A stretch of DNA of 64,000 nucleotides from Eledone cirrhosa (taxonomy: Eukaryota). Made by a program: the position numbers and the translations under genes. The notes beneath the pieces are model-generated. The model saw only the letters and a program-made list of their open reading frames with translations, did not search any database and was not told where the DNA came from. The stretch lies in NCBI GenBank assembly GCA_964016885.1, contig OZ024740.1:405108001-405172000 (forward strand). Direction: 5' to 3'. Shown one piece after another: positions 15,001-27,630 of this stretch; within the stretch, counting starts at the first letter, position 1; every line of letters begins with the position of its first letter.

Positions 15001-18000
15001 CTTGCTCCAGTCCACTCAGTTCATGATAATGAGGTTGAGTTCAGTTTCGAGTAACATGTTGTCATTGATCAAGATTATTTTACCTTGCCCCAGTCCACTC
15101 AGTTGATGATAATGAGGTTGAGTTCAGTTTCCAGTAACATGTTGTCATTGATCAAGATTCTTTATTTTACCTTGCTCCAGTCCAGTTAGTTGATGATAAT
15201 GAGGTTGAGTTCAGTTTCCAGTAACATGTTGTCATTGATCAACATTATTTTACCTTGCTCCATTCCACTCAGTTGATGATAATGAGGTTGAGTTCAGTTT
15301 CGAGTAACATGTTGTCATTGATCAAGATTATTTTACCTTGATCCAGTCCACTCAGTTGATGATAATGAGGTTGAGTTCAGTTTCCAGTAACATGTTGTCA
15401 TTGATCAACATTATTTTACCTTGCTCCAGTCCACTCAGTTGATGATAATGAGGTTGAGTTCAGCTTCGAGTAACATGTTGTCATTGATCAAGATTATTTT
15501 ACCTTGCCCCAGTCCACTCAGTTGATGATAATGAGGTTGAGTTCAGCTTCGAGTAACATGTTGTCATTGATCAAGATTATTTTACCTTGCTCCAGTCCAC
15601 TCAGTTGATGATAATGAGGTTGAGTTCAGTTTCCAGTAACATGTTGTCATTGATCAAGATTATTTTACCTTGCTCCACGCCACTCAGTTGATGATAATGA
15701 GGTTGAGTTCAGTTGCCAGTAACATGTTGTCATTGATCAACATTATTTTACCTTGCTCCAGTCCACTCAGTTAATGATAATGAGGTTGAGTTCAGTTTCC
15801 AGTAACATGTTGTCATTGAGCAAGACACTTTACCTTGCTCCAGTCCACTCAGATGATGTCAATGAGGTTGAGTTCACTTTCCAGTAACATGTTGTCATTG
15901 ATCAACATTATTTTACCTTGCTCAGTCCACTCAGTTGATGATAATGAGGTTGAGTTCAGTTTCCATTATCATGTTGTCATTGAGCAAGACACTTTACCTT
16001 GCTCCAGTCCACTCAGTTGATGACAATGAAGTTGAGTTCAGTTTCCAGTAACATGTTGTCATTGAGCAAGACACTTTACCTTGCTCCAGTCCACTCAATT
16101 GATGATAATGAGGTTCAGTTCAGTCTCCAGTCAGATGTTGTCATTGATCAATATTATTTTACCTTGCTCCAGTCCACTCAGTTGATGATAATGAGGTTGA
16201 GTTCAGTTTCCAGTAACATGTTGTCATTGATCAACATTATTTTACCTTGCTCCAGTCCACTCAGTTGATGATAATGAGGTTGAGTTCAGCTTCGAGTAAC
16301 ATGTTGTCATTGATCAAGATTATTTTACCTTGCCCCAGTCCACTCAGTTGATGATAATGAGGTTGAGTTCAGCTTCGAGTAACATGTTGTCATTGATCAA
16401 GATTATTTTACCTTGCTCCAGTCCACTCAGTTGATGATAATGAGGTTGAGTTCAGTTTCCAGTAACATGTTGTCATTGATCAAGATTATTTTACCTTGCT
16501 CCACGCCACTCAGTTGATGATAATGAGGTTGAGTTCAGTTGCCAGTAACATGTTGTCATTGATCAACATTATTTTACCTTGCTCCAGTCCACTCAGTTAA
16601 TGATAATGAGGTTGAGTTCAGTTTCCAGTAACATGTTGTCATTGAGCAAGACACTTTACCTTGCTCCAGTCCACTCAGATGATGTCAATGAGGTTGAGTT
16701 CACTTTCCAGTAACATGTTGTCATTGATCAACATTATTTTACCTTGCTCAGTCCACTCAGTTGATGATAATGAGGTTGAGTTCAGTTTCCATTATCATGT
16801 TGTCATTGAGCAAGACACTTTACCTTGCTCCAGTCCACTCAGTTGATGACAATGAAGTTGAGTTCAGTTTCCAGTAACATGTTGTCATTGAGCAAGACAC
16901 TTTACCTTGCTCCAGTCCACTCAATTGATGATAATGAGGTTCAGTTCAGTCTCCAGTCAGATGTTGTCATTGATCAATATTATTTTACCTTGCTCCAGTC
17001 CACTCAGTTGATGATAATGAGGTTGAGTTCAGTTTCCAGTAACATGTTGTCATTGATCAAGATTATTTTCCCTTGCTCCACTCCACTCAGTTGATGATAA
17101 TGAGGTTGAGTTCAGTTTCCAGTAACATGTTGTCATTGATCAAGATTATTTTCCCTTGCTCCAGTCCACTCAGTTGATGATAATGAGGTTGAGTTCAGTT
17201 TCCAGTAACATGTTGTCATTGATCAAGATTATTTTTACCTTGCTCCACTCCACTCAGTTGATGATAATGAGGTTGAGTTCAGTTTCCAGTAACATGTTGT
17301 CTTTGATCAAGATTATTTTACGTTACTCCAGTCCACTCAGTTGATGATAATGAGGTTCAGTTCAGTTTCCAGTAACATGTTGTCCTTGAGCAAGACACTT
17401 TATTTTACCTTGCTCCAGTCCACTCAGTTGATGATAATGAGGTTGAGTTCAGTTTCCAGTAACATGTTGTTCTTGAGCTAGACACTTTATTTTACCTTGC
17501 TCCAGTCCACTCAGTTGAAGATAATGAGGTTGAGTTCAGTTTCCAGTAACATGTTGTCCTTGAGCAAGATTATTTTACCTTGCTCCAGTCCACTTAGTTG
17601 ATGATAATGAGGTTGAGTTCAGTTTCCAGTAACATGTTGTCATTGATCAAGATTATTTTACCTTGCTCCAGTCCACTCAGTTGATGATAATGAGGTTGAG
17701 TTCAGTTTCCAGTAACTTGTCATTGATCAATATTATTTTACCTTGCTCCAGTCCACTCAGTTGATGATAATGAGGTTGAGTTCAGTTTACAGTAACATGT
17801 TGTCATTGAGCAAGACACTTTACCTTGCTCCAGTCCACTCAGTTGATGATAATGAGGTTGAGTTCAGTTTCCAGTAACATGTTGTTCTTGAGCTAGACAC
17901 TTTATTTTACCTTGCTCCAGTCCACTCAGTTGATGATAATGAGGTTGAGTTCAGTTTCCAGTAACATGTTGTTCTTAAGCTAGACACTTTATTTTACCTT

Positions 18001-21000
18001 GCTCCAGTCCACTCAGTTGATGATAATGAGGTTGAGTTCAGTTTCCAGTAACATGTTGTCCTTTAGCAAGATTATTTTACCTTGCTCCAGTCCACTCAGT
18101 TGATGATAATGAGGTTGAGTTCAGTTTCCAGTAACATGTTGTCCTTGAGCAAGACACTTTATTTTACCTTGCTCCAGTCCACTCAGTTGATGATAATGAG
18201 GTTGAGTTCAGTTTCCAGTAACATGTTGTTCTTGAGCTAGACACTTTATTTTACCTTGCTCCAGTCCACTCAGTTGATGATAATGAGGTTGAGTTCAGTT
18301 TCCAGTAACATGTTGTTCTTAAGCTAGACACTTTATTTTACCTTGCTCCAGTCCACTCAGTTGATGATAATGAGGTTGAGTTCAGTTTCCAGTAACATGT
18401 TGTCCTTTAGCAAGATTATTTTACCTTGCTCCAGTCCACTCAGTTGATGATAATGAGGTTGAGTTCAGTTTCCAGTAACATGTTGTCATTGATCAAGATT
18501 ATTTTACCTTGCTCCAGTCCACTCAGTTGATGATAATGAGGTTGAGTTCAGTTTCCAGTAAATTGTCATTGATCAACATTATTTTACCTTGCTCCAGTCC
18601 ACTCAGTTGATGATAATGAGGTTGAGTTCAGTTTACAGTAACATGTTGTCATTGAGCAAGACACTTTACCTTGCTCCAGTCTACTTAGTTGATGATAATG
18701 AGGTTGAGTTCAGTTTACAGTAACATGTTGTCTTTGATCAAGATTATTTTACCTTACTCCAGTCCACTCAGTTGATGATAATGAGGTTGAGTTCAGTTTC
18801 CAGTAACATGTCACTGATCAAGATTATTATATCTTGTTCCAGTCCACTGAGTTGATGATAATCAGGTTGAGTTCAGTTTCCAGTAACATGTTGTCCTTGA
18901 GCAAGACACTATATTTTACCTTGCTCCACTCCACTCAGTTGATGACAATGAGGTTGAGTTCAGTTTCCAGTATCATGTTGTCCTTGAGCAAGACACTTTA
19001 TTTTACCCTGCTCCAGTCCACTCAGTTAATGATAATGAGGTTCAGTTCAGTTTCCAGTAACATGTTGTCCTTGAGCAAGACACTTTATTTTAACTTGCTC
19101 CAGTCCACCCAGTTGATGATAATGAGGTTGAGTTCAGTTTCCAGTAACATGTTGTCCTTGAGCAAGACACCTTATTTTACCTTGCTCCAGTCCACTCTGT
19201 TGATGATAATGAGGTTGAGTTCAGTTTCCAATAACATGTTGTTCTTGAGCAAGACACTGTATTTTACCTTGCTCCAGTCCACTCAGTTGATGATAATGAG
19301 ATCTAGTTCAGTTTCCAGTAACATATTGTCCTTGAGCAACACACTTTATTTTTCCTTGCTCCAGTCCACTCAGTTGATGATAATGAGGTTGATTTCAGTT
19401 TCCAGTAACATGTTGTCATTGATCAAGATTATTTTACCTTGCTCCAGTCCACCCAATTGATGATAATGAGGTTGGATTCAGTTTCCAGTATCATGTTTTC
19501 ATTGATCAACTTTATTTTACCTTGCTCCAGTCATCTCAGTTAATGATAATGAGGTTGAGTTCAGTTTCCAGTAACATGTTGTCATTGAGCAAGAAACTTT
19601 ACCTTGCTCCTGTCCACTGTTGATGATAATGAGGTTGAGTTCAGTTTCCAGTAACATGTCATTGAGCCAGACACTTTACCTTGCTCCAGTCCACTCAGTT
19701 GATGATAATGAGGTTGAGTTCAGTTTCCAGTAACATGTTGTCATTGATCAACATTATTTTACCTTGCTCCAGTCCACTCAGTTAATGATAATGAGGTTGA
19801 GTTCAGTTTCCAGTAACTTGTTGTCATTGAGCAAGACACTTTATTTTACCTTGCCCCAGTCCACTCAGTTGATGATAATGAGGTTGATTTCAGTTTCCAG
19901 TAACATGTTGTCATTGATCAAGATTATTTTACCTTGCTCCAGTCCACCCAGTTGATGATAATGAGGTTGAGTTCAGTTTCCAGTAACATGTTGTCATTGA
20001 TCAACATTATTTTACCTTGCTCCAGTCCACTCAGTTAATGATAATGAGGTTGAGTTCAGTTTCCAGTAACATGTTGTCATTGAGCAAGAAACTTTACCTT
20101 GCTCCTGTCCACTGTTGATGATAATGAGGTTGAGTTCAGTTTCCAGTAACATGTTGTCATTGATCAACATTATTTTACCTTGCTCCAGTCCACTTAGTTA
20201 ATGATAATGAGGTTGAGTTCAGTTTCCAGTAACATGTTGTCATTGAGCAAGAAACTTTACCTTGCTCCTGTCCACTGTTGATGATAATGAGGTTGAGTTC
20301 AGTTTCCAGTAACATGTTGTCATTGATCAACATTATTTTACCTTGCTCCAGTCCACTCAGTTGATGATAATGAGGTTGAGTTCAGTTTCCAGTAACATGT
20401 TGTCATTGAGCAAGACACTTTACCTTGGTCCAGTCCACTCAGTTGATGATAATGATATTGAGTTCAGTTTCCAGTAACATGTTGTCATTGAGCAAGACAC
20501 TTTACCTTGCTCCAGTCCACTCAGTTGATGATAATGAGGTTGAGTTCAGTTTCCAGTAAGTTGTTGTCATTCATCAACATTATTTTAGCTTGCTCCAGTC
20601 CACTCAGTTGATGACGATGAGGTTGAGTTCAGTTTCCACTAACATGTTGTCTTTGATCAAGATTATTTTACCTTACTCCAGTCCACTCAGTTGATGATAA
20701 TGAGGTTCAGTTCAGTTTCCAGTAACATGTTGTCCTTGAGCAAGACACTTTATTTTACCTTGCTCCAGTCCACTCAGTTGATGATAATGAGGTTGAGTTC
20801 AGTTTCCAGTAACATGTTGTTCTTGAGCTAGACACTTTATTTTACCTTGCTCCAGTCCACTCAGTTGATGATAATGAGGTTGAGTTCAGTTTCCAGTAAC
20901 ATGTTGTCCTTGAGCAAGATTATTTTACCTTGCTCCAGTCCACTCAGTTGATGATAATGAGGTTGAGTTCAGTTTCCAGTAACATGTTGTCATTGATCAA

Positions 21001-24000
21001 GATTATTTTACCTTGCTCCAGTCCACTCAGTTGATGATAATGAGGTTCAGTTCAGTTTCCAGTAACATGTTGTCCTTGAGCAAGACACTTTATTTTACCT
21101 TGCTCCAGTCCACTCAGTTGATGATAATGAGGTTGAGTTCAGTTTCCAGTAACATGTTGTTCTTGAGCTAGACACTTTATTTTACCTTGCTCCAGTCCAC
21201 TCAGTTGATGATAATGAGGTTGAGTTCAGTTTCCAGTAACTTGTCATTGATCAACATTATTTTTTTTACCTTGCCCCAGTACACTCAGCTAATGATAATG
21301 AGGTTGAGTTCAGTTTCCAGTAACATGTCATTGAGCAAAAAACTTTACCTTACTCCAGTCCACTCACTTGATGATAATGAGGTTGAGTTCAGTTTCCAGT
21401 AACATGTCCTTTAGCAGGACACTTTATTTTACCTTGCTCCCGTCCACTCAGTTGATGATAATGAGGTGGAGTTCAGTTTCCAGTAACATGTTGTCATTGA
21501 GCAAGACACTTTATTTTACCTTGCTCCAGTCCACCCAGTTGATGATAATGAGGTTGAGTTCAGTTTCCAGTAACATTTTGTCATTGAGCAAGACACTTTA
21601 TTTTACCTTGCTCCAGTCCACTTAGTTGATGATAATGAGGTTGAGTTCAGTTTCCAGTAACATGTTGTCATTGAGCAAGACACTTTACTTTGCTCCAGTC
21701 TACTTAGTTGATGATAATGAGGTTGAGTACAGTCTCCAGTAACATGTTGTCCTTGAGCAAGACACTTTATTTTACCTTGCTCCAGTTCACTCAGTTGATG
21801 ATAATGAGATTGAGTTCAGTTTCCAGTAACATGTTGTCCTTGAGCAAGACACGTTATTTTACCTTGCTCCAGTCCACTCAGTTGATGATAATGAGGTTGA
21901 GTTCAGTTTCCAGTAACATGTTGTCCTTGAGCAAGACACTTTATTTTACCTTGCTCCAGTCCACTCAGTTGATGATAATGAGGTTGAGTTCAGTTTCCAG
22001 TAACATGTTGTTCTTGAGCAAGACACTTTATTTTACATTGCTCCAGTCCACTCCGTTGATGATAATGAAATCTAGTTCAGTTTCCAGTAACATATTGTCC
22101 TTGAGCAAGACACTTTATTTTACCTTGCTCCAGTCCACTCAGTTGATGATAATGAGGTTGAGTTCAGTTTCCAGTAACATGTTGTCATTGATCAAGACAC
22201 TTTATTTTACCTTGCTCCAGTCCACTCAGTTGATGATAATGAGGTTGAGTTCAGTTTCCAATAACATGTCATTGATCAAGATTATTTTACCTTGCTCCAG
22301 TCCACTCAGTTGATGATAATGAGGTTGGGTTCAGTTTCCAGTAACATGTTGTCATTGATCAACTTTATTTTACCTTGCTCCAGTCCTCTCAGTTAATGAT
22401 AATGAGGTTGAGTTCAGTTTCCAGTAACATGTTGTCATTGAGAAAGAAACTTTACCTTGCTCCTGTCCACTGTTGATGATAATGAGGTTGAGTTCAGTTT
22501 CCAGTAACATGTCATTGAGCCAGACACTTTACCTTGCTCCAGTCCACTCAGTTGATGATTATGAGGTTGATTTCGGTTTCCAGTAACATGTTGTCATTGA
22601 TCAAGTTTATTTTACCTCGCTCCAGTCCACCCAGTTGATGATAATGAGGTTGAGTTCAGTTTCCAGTAACATGTTGTCATTGATCAACATTATTTTACCT
22701 TGCTCCAGTCCACTCAGTTAATGATAATGAGGTTGAGTTCAGTTTCCAGTAACATGTTGTCATTGAGCAAGAAACTTTACCTTGCTCCTGTCCACTGTTG
22801 ATGATAATGAGGTTGAGTTCAGTTTCCAGTAACATGTTGTCATTCATCAACATTATTTTACCTTGCTCCAGTCCACTCAGTTGATGATAATGAGGTTGAG
22901 TTCAGTTTCCAGTAACATGTTGTCATTGAGCAAGACACTTTACCTTGGTCCAGTCCACTCAGTTGATGATAATGATGTTGAGTTCAGTTTCCAGTAACAT
23001 GTTGTCATTGAGCAAGACACTTTACCTTGCTCCAGTCCACTCAGTTGATGATAATGAGGTTTAGTTCAGTTTCCAGTAAGATGTTGTCATTCATCAACAT
23101 TATTTTAGCTTGCTCCAGTCCACTCAGTTGATGACGATGAGGTTGAGTTCAGTTTCCACTAACATGTTGTCTTTGATCAAGATTATTTTACCTTACTCCA
23201 GTCCACTCAGTTGATGATAATGAGGTTCAGTTCAGTTTCCAGTAACATGTTGTCCTTGAGCAAGACACTTTATTTTACCTTGCTCCAGTCCACTCAGTTG
23301 ATGATAATGAGGTTGAGTTCAGTTTCCAGTAACATGTTGTTCTTGAGCTAGACACTTTATTTTACCTTGCTCCAGTCCACTCAGTTCATGATAATGAGGT
23401 TGAGTTCAGTTTCCAGTAACATGTTGTCCTTGAGCAAGATTATTTTACCTTGCTCCAGTCCACTCAGTTGATGATAATGAGGTTGAGTTCAGTTTCCAGT
23501 AACATGTTGTCATTGATCAAGATTATTTTACCTTGCTCCAGTCCACTCAGTTGATGATAATGAGGTTGAGTTCAGTTTCCAGTAACATGTTGTCCTTGAG
23601 CAAGATTATTTTACCTTGCCCCAGTACACTCAGCTAATGATAATGAGGTTGAGTTCAGTTTCCAGTAACATGTCATTGAGCAAGACACTTTACCTTACTC
23701 CAGTCCACTCACTTGATGATAATGAGGTTGAGTTCAGTTTCCAGCAACATGTTTTCATTGAGCAAGACACTTTACCTTGCTCCAGTCCACTCAGTTGATG
23801 ATAATGAGATGGAGTTCAGTTTCCAGTAACATGTTGTCATTGAGCAAGACACTTTATTTTACCTTGCTCCAGTCCACCCAGTTGATGATAATGAGGTTGA
23901 GTTCAGTTTCCAGTTACATGTTGTCATTGAGCAAGACACTTTATTGTACCTTGCTCCAGTCCACTTAGTTGATGATAATGAGGTTGAGTTCAGTTTCCAG

Positions 24001-25490
24001 TAACATGTTGTCATTGAGCAAGACACTTTACTTTGCTCCAGTCTACTTAGTTGATGATAATGAGGTTGAGTTCAGTCTCCAGTAACATATTGTCCTTGAG
24101 CAAGACACTTTATTTTACCTTGCTCCAGTTCACTCAGTTGATGATAATGAGATTGAGTTCAGTTTCCAGTAACATGTTGTCCTTGAGCAAGACACTTTAT
24201 TTTACCTTGCTCCAGTCCACTCAGTTGATGATAATGAGGTTGAGTTCAGTTTCCAGTAACATGTTGTCCTCGAGCAAGACACGTTATTTTACCTTGCTCC
24301 AGTCCACTCAGTTGATGATAATGAGGTTGAGTTCAGTTTCCAGTAACATGTTGTCCTTGAGCAAGACACTTTATTTTACCTTGCTCCAGTCCACTCAGTT
24401 GATGATAATGAGATTGAGTTCAGTTTCCAGTAACATGTTGTTCTTGAGCAAGACACTGTATTTTACCTTGCTCCAGTCCACTCAGTTGATGATAATGAGG
24501 TTGAGTTCAGTTTCCATTAACATGTAGTGATTGATCAACATTATTTTACCTTGCTCCAGTCCACTCAGTTGATGATAATGAGGTTGAGTTCAGTTTCCAG
24601 TAACATGTTGTCATTGAGCACGACACTTTATTTTACCTTGCTCCAGTCCACTCAGTTGATGATAATGAGGTTGAGTTCAGTTTCCAGTAACATGTTGTCA
24701 TTGATCAAGATTATTTTACCTTGCTCCAGTCCAACCAGTTGATGATAATGAGGTTGAGTTCAGTTTCCAGTAACATGTTGTCATTGATCAACATTATTTT
24801 ACCTTGCTCCAGTCCACTCAGTTAATGATAATGAGGTTGAGTTCAGTTTCCAGTAACATGTTGTCATTGAGCAAGAAACTTTACCTTGCTCCTGTCCACT
24901 GTTGATGATAATGAGGTTGAGTTCAGTTTCCAGTAACATGTTGTCATTGAGCCAGACACTTTACCTTGCTCCAGTCCACTCAGTTGATGATTATGAGGTT
25001 GAGTTCAGTTTCCAGTAACATGTTGTCATTGATCAACTTTATTTTACCTTGCTCCAGTCCACTCAGTTAATGATAATGAGGTTGAGTTCAGTTTCCAGTA
25101 ACATGTTGTCAATGAGTAAGAAACTTTACCTTGCTGCTGTCCACTGTTGATGATAATGAGGTTGAGTTCAGTTTCCAGTAACATGTTGTCCTTGAGCAAG
25201 ACACTTTATTTTACCTTGCTCCAGTCCACTCCGTTGATGATAATGAGGTTGAGTTCAGTTTCCAGTAACATGTTGTCCTTGAGCAAGACACTTTATTTTA
25301 TCTTGCTCCAGTCCAATCAGTTGATGATGACGTTGAGTTTAGTTTCCAGTAACATGTTGTCCTTGAGCAAGACACTTTATTTTACCTTGCTCCAGTCCAC
25401 TCAGTTGATGATAATGAGGTTGAGTTCAGTTTCCAGTAACATGTTGTCATTGAGCAAGACACTTTACCTTGCTCCAGTCCACTCAGTTGA
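1..25490 (+). repeat. Tandem satellite array of about 300 monomers (83 bp dominant, 87 bp SINE-like, 80/82/91-bp variants), derived from a SINE; open at the left window edge
   Basis: The 83-bp unit GATAATGAGGTTGAGTTCAGTTTCCAGTAACATGTTGTCATTGATCAAGATTATTTTACCTTGCTCCAGTCCACTCAGTTGAT repeats head to tail. The 87-bp form carries CCTTGAGCAAGACACTTTATTTT. Copy number is estimated as length/84. Confidence 0.99.
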
Positions 25491-25670
25491 TAAAAATGAG
25501 TTGTATCAGTAATTGAAAGATCCACACTTGTTACATACTGCCACACTGAATCTCTTTGAAAATTACATTAAAGGTGCTTATGTTTGTGGAATGCTCAGCC
25601 ACTTTCACATTAATTTTCTATTTCAAACAGGAACATCATCATAACTGATGTAGGTCTAACAGCAACAGTA
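25491..25670 (+). mobile_element. Decayed SINE 3' body/tail contiguous with the last satellite monomer (probable progenitor element)
   Basis: The last monomer ends CCACTCAGTTGATAAAAATGAG, like SINE CTCAGCTGTAGAAATGAG at about 31728-31745. It continues TTGTATCAGTAATTGAAAGATCCA, which resembles ATGAGTTGTACCTGTAATTTCAAAGGACCAGC at about 54675 in another degenerate SINE. Confidence 0.7.
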
Positions 25671-26394
25671 TCATTTGCAATGCTTTATAGGTATATTAAA
25701 TTTACCTATATTTTTTAAACAGCCCTTTAGCGTGTTGACAGTATTTGAACTCTAAACACAAAAGGTCTTAATCTAATTTTCATTTCTTCTGTTTGTCCCT
25801 ATTTGAAGACAAAACCAGGAAGAAATGTTATGTGCTTGTTTGTTTTTCAAGCCCATTATATGAGTCATAGAAGGCTACAAATAGTGAAGTTAAAATAAAC
25901 ACCATGAAAAATCCGTCAGTTTTGTAATTGTAATGGAGGGGTTACGTGAACTCTTGAAATTTATCAAATATTTTGAAAATGTATTTCTTTATTGTATCTC
26001 ATTGATAGTTATGACTCTAACTAGTCTTAGTTGTTGTCATTGTTTAGTCACAGGTCATTCCTGATTAAGACCTATAATTAAATACCTTTTAGTCATGACC
26101 ATCCCATCTTTATTTCAGGCTTAATTCTTTTTTATATCAACCCTACCAAATTCTTCAATAACTAATTCAAATATTGTGTATTTCATTAGAGATATGGTAA
26201 TGAAAGGGTTAATGAATCTGGGATTGTATCATACAATGTGTTCTTCACCCTTCAAGGTTGTAGAGTATGATATTGAGGTTATATTTTGTTGGTTAAGTAA
26301 CTGTGTAGATACCCGTGTTGGCTCATCTAAGTTTGTTAGTTTAGTCCTAGGTCAGTCTTCATTGAACAGACAGATCCATTGGTATAACAGGCAA

Positions 26395-26600
26395 AGTACA
26401 AGAAAGAAGACTGTTGATATGGTCATGTAATGCATATGGAGGATAGCAGCTGCATAAAGAAGTGCCAACCACACAATATTGAGGGAACTTGTGGAAAAGG
26501 AAAATCTATGAAAACATAAGATATGATGAAGGCTGACCTCACAAAGATGGGCCTCGTGGAGGATTTGTTATTACAAAAGATGTATTCTTTCATGCAAGCA
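26395..26600 (+). mobile_element. RTE-clade LINE C-terminal coding remnant
   Basis: Frameshifted translation VQERRL..YGHVMHMEDSSCIKKC...EGTCGKGK is homologous to the RTE fragment at 62600-62928. Confidence 0.75.
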
Positions 26601-27534
26601 TGGTGGGACCTGCATAGGAAGAATCATAATATAAAGATTCAGTTATATCGACATTCAGCCACTTTACAGCATGTAGTTGGTGCATTTTATTATGGCACCA
26701 ACACTACCACTTTGCAGAGTGGGCTTGGTGTAGACTCTTGGATGTTATTTATTTTTGACAAGCATTTGAATTTTGCTTGTCGACTTTACATCAGTTTTAT
26801 GTCCATTTTTCCATGCTGGCATTGAGTTGTACAAGGTATTTTGAAATAGAATTCTTTGTCCAAATTTCCTTCCTAATGTCAAGACTCACAATTTTGAAAT
26901 TAAAGTATAGATCTACCCATCTTTAATTTTCATTGGTCTCTAAAATGAAACTATTACTAGTTTTTGTAAATAGCAAAGAAATTTATCACCTATTTATTCA
27001 ACACTTTAGCATGAAAAATTGGCAGTATTTGTGATCTGATTAAAAAGTGTAAATATGGCCAAGAAAATGACATTTTTTGTTTGTTAATTAGCTTCTGATC
27101 AAGTAGCTAATTACTAATTAGATCAAGTAACTAATTAAATAACCAAGTTCTGTTTTCTGAAGTGGCTTTCAAATTTTAAGATATGTTATTTGTGGAGTGC
27201 TTTTTAAAATAATGTTTCTAAATACTGTACAAAGACAAGAGAGGAACAGAAAATCATCTGCAGAAGAGTGTAACACATATTTTATTTTGTCTTTTATTTT
27301 AATCTCTAAAGTAACTCATAAGAATTACATTAATGTTTTTTTTTTTTTTTTACTGTTTGAGAAGAACATTGCTCATGAGGGTTTTAAAGGCCTCTGAGAT
27401 TGTTGGGAGAGGGTAGCTATCCTCAAACAGGAGATGGAGATCAAATACTTGCAGCAGTGGACTCTGTTAAAATCACCCAAGGTACCAGATGGTGTGAAAC
27501 TGGGTGATATGTTAAGCTTATCACCCAAGTAAGT

Positions 27535-27630
27535 CACAGCAGAATTTGAACCCAGAATGTAAAGAGCCAGAACAAATACTGCATAGCATCTCATCTGATG
27601 ATTTAATCATTCTGCCATTCTACCACCTTG
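27535..27630 (-). mobile_element. Degenerate tRNA-derived SINE head
   Basis: The reverse strand reads AAGGTGGTAGAATGGCAGAAT...GGGTTCAAATTCTGCTG, with A-box and B-box-like motifs similar to the SINE heads ending at 50164 and 60393. Confidence 0.55.

Noticed and set aside
1-25490. CRISPR-like appearance (constant segment plus variable segment)
   Set aside because: The variable parts are point and indel variants of one sequence, not unique spacers. There are no cas genes and the context is eukaryotic.
1-25490. Hammerhead or C/D snoRNA array within the satellite (TGATGA in each unit)
   Set aside because: The motif is TTGATGA, not CTGANGA. There is no GAAA/stem arrangement on either strand and no CTGA D-box on the + strand.
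5-25512. Many ORFs with MLQSTQLMIMRLSSVSSNMLSLSKTLYFT repeats
   Set aside because: They are a by-product of the 87-bp (29-codon) monomer being stop-free in one frame. The 83/82-bp units break the frame constantly, and there is no sign of selection for coding.
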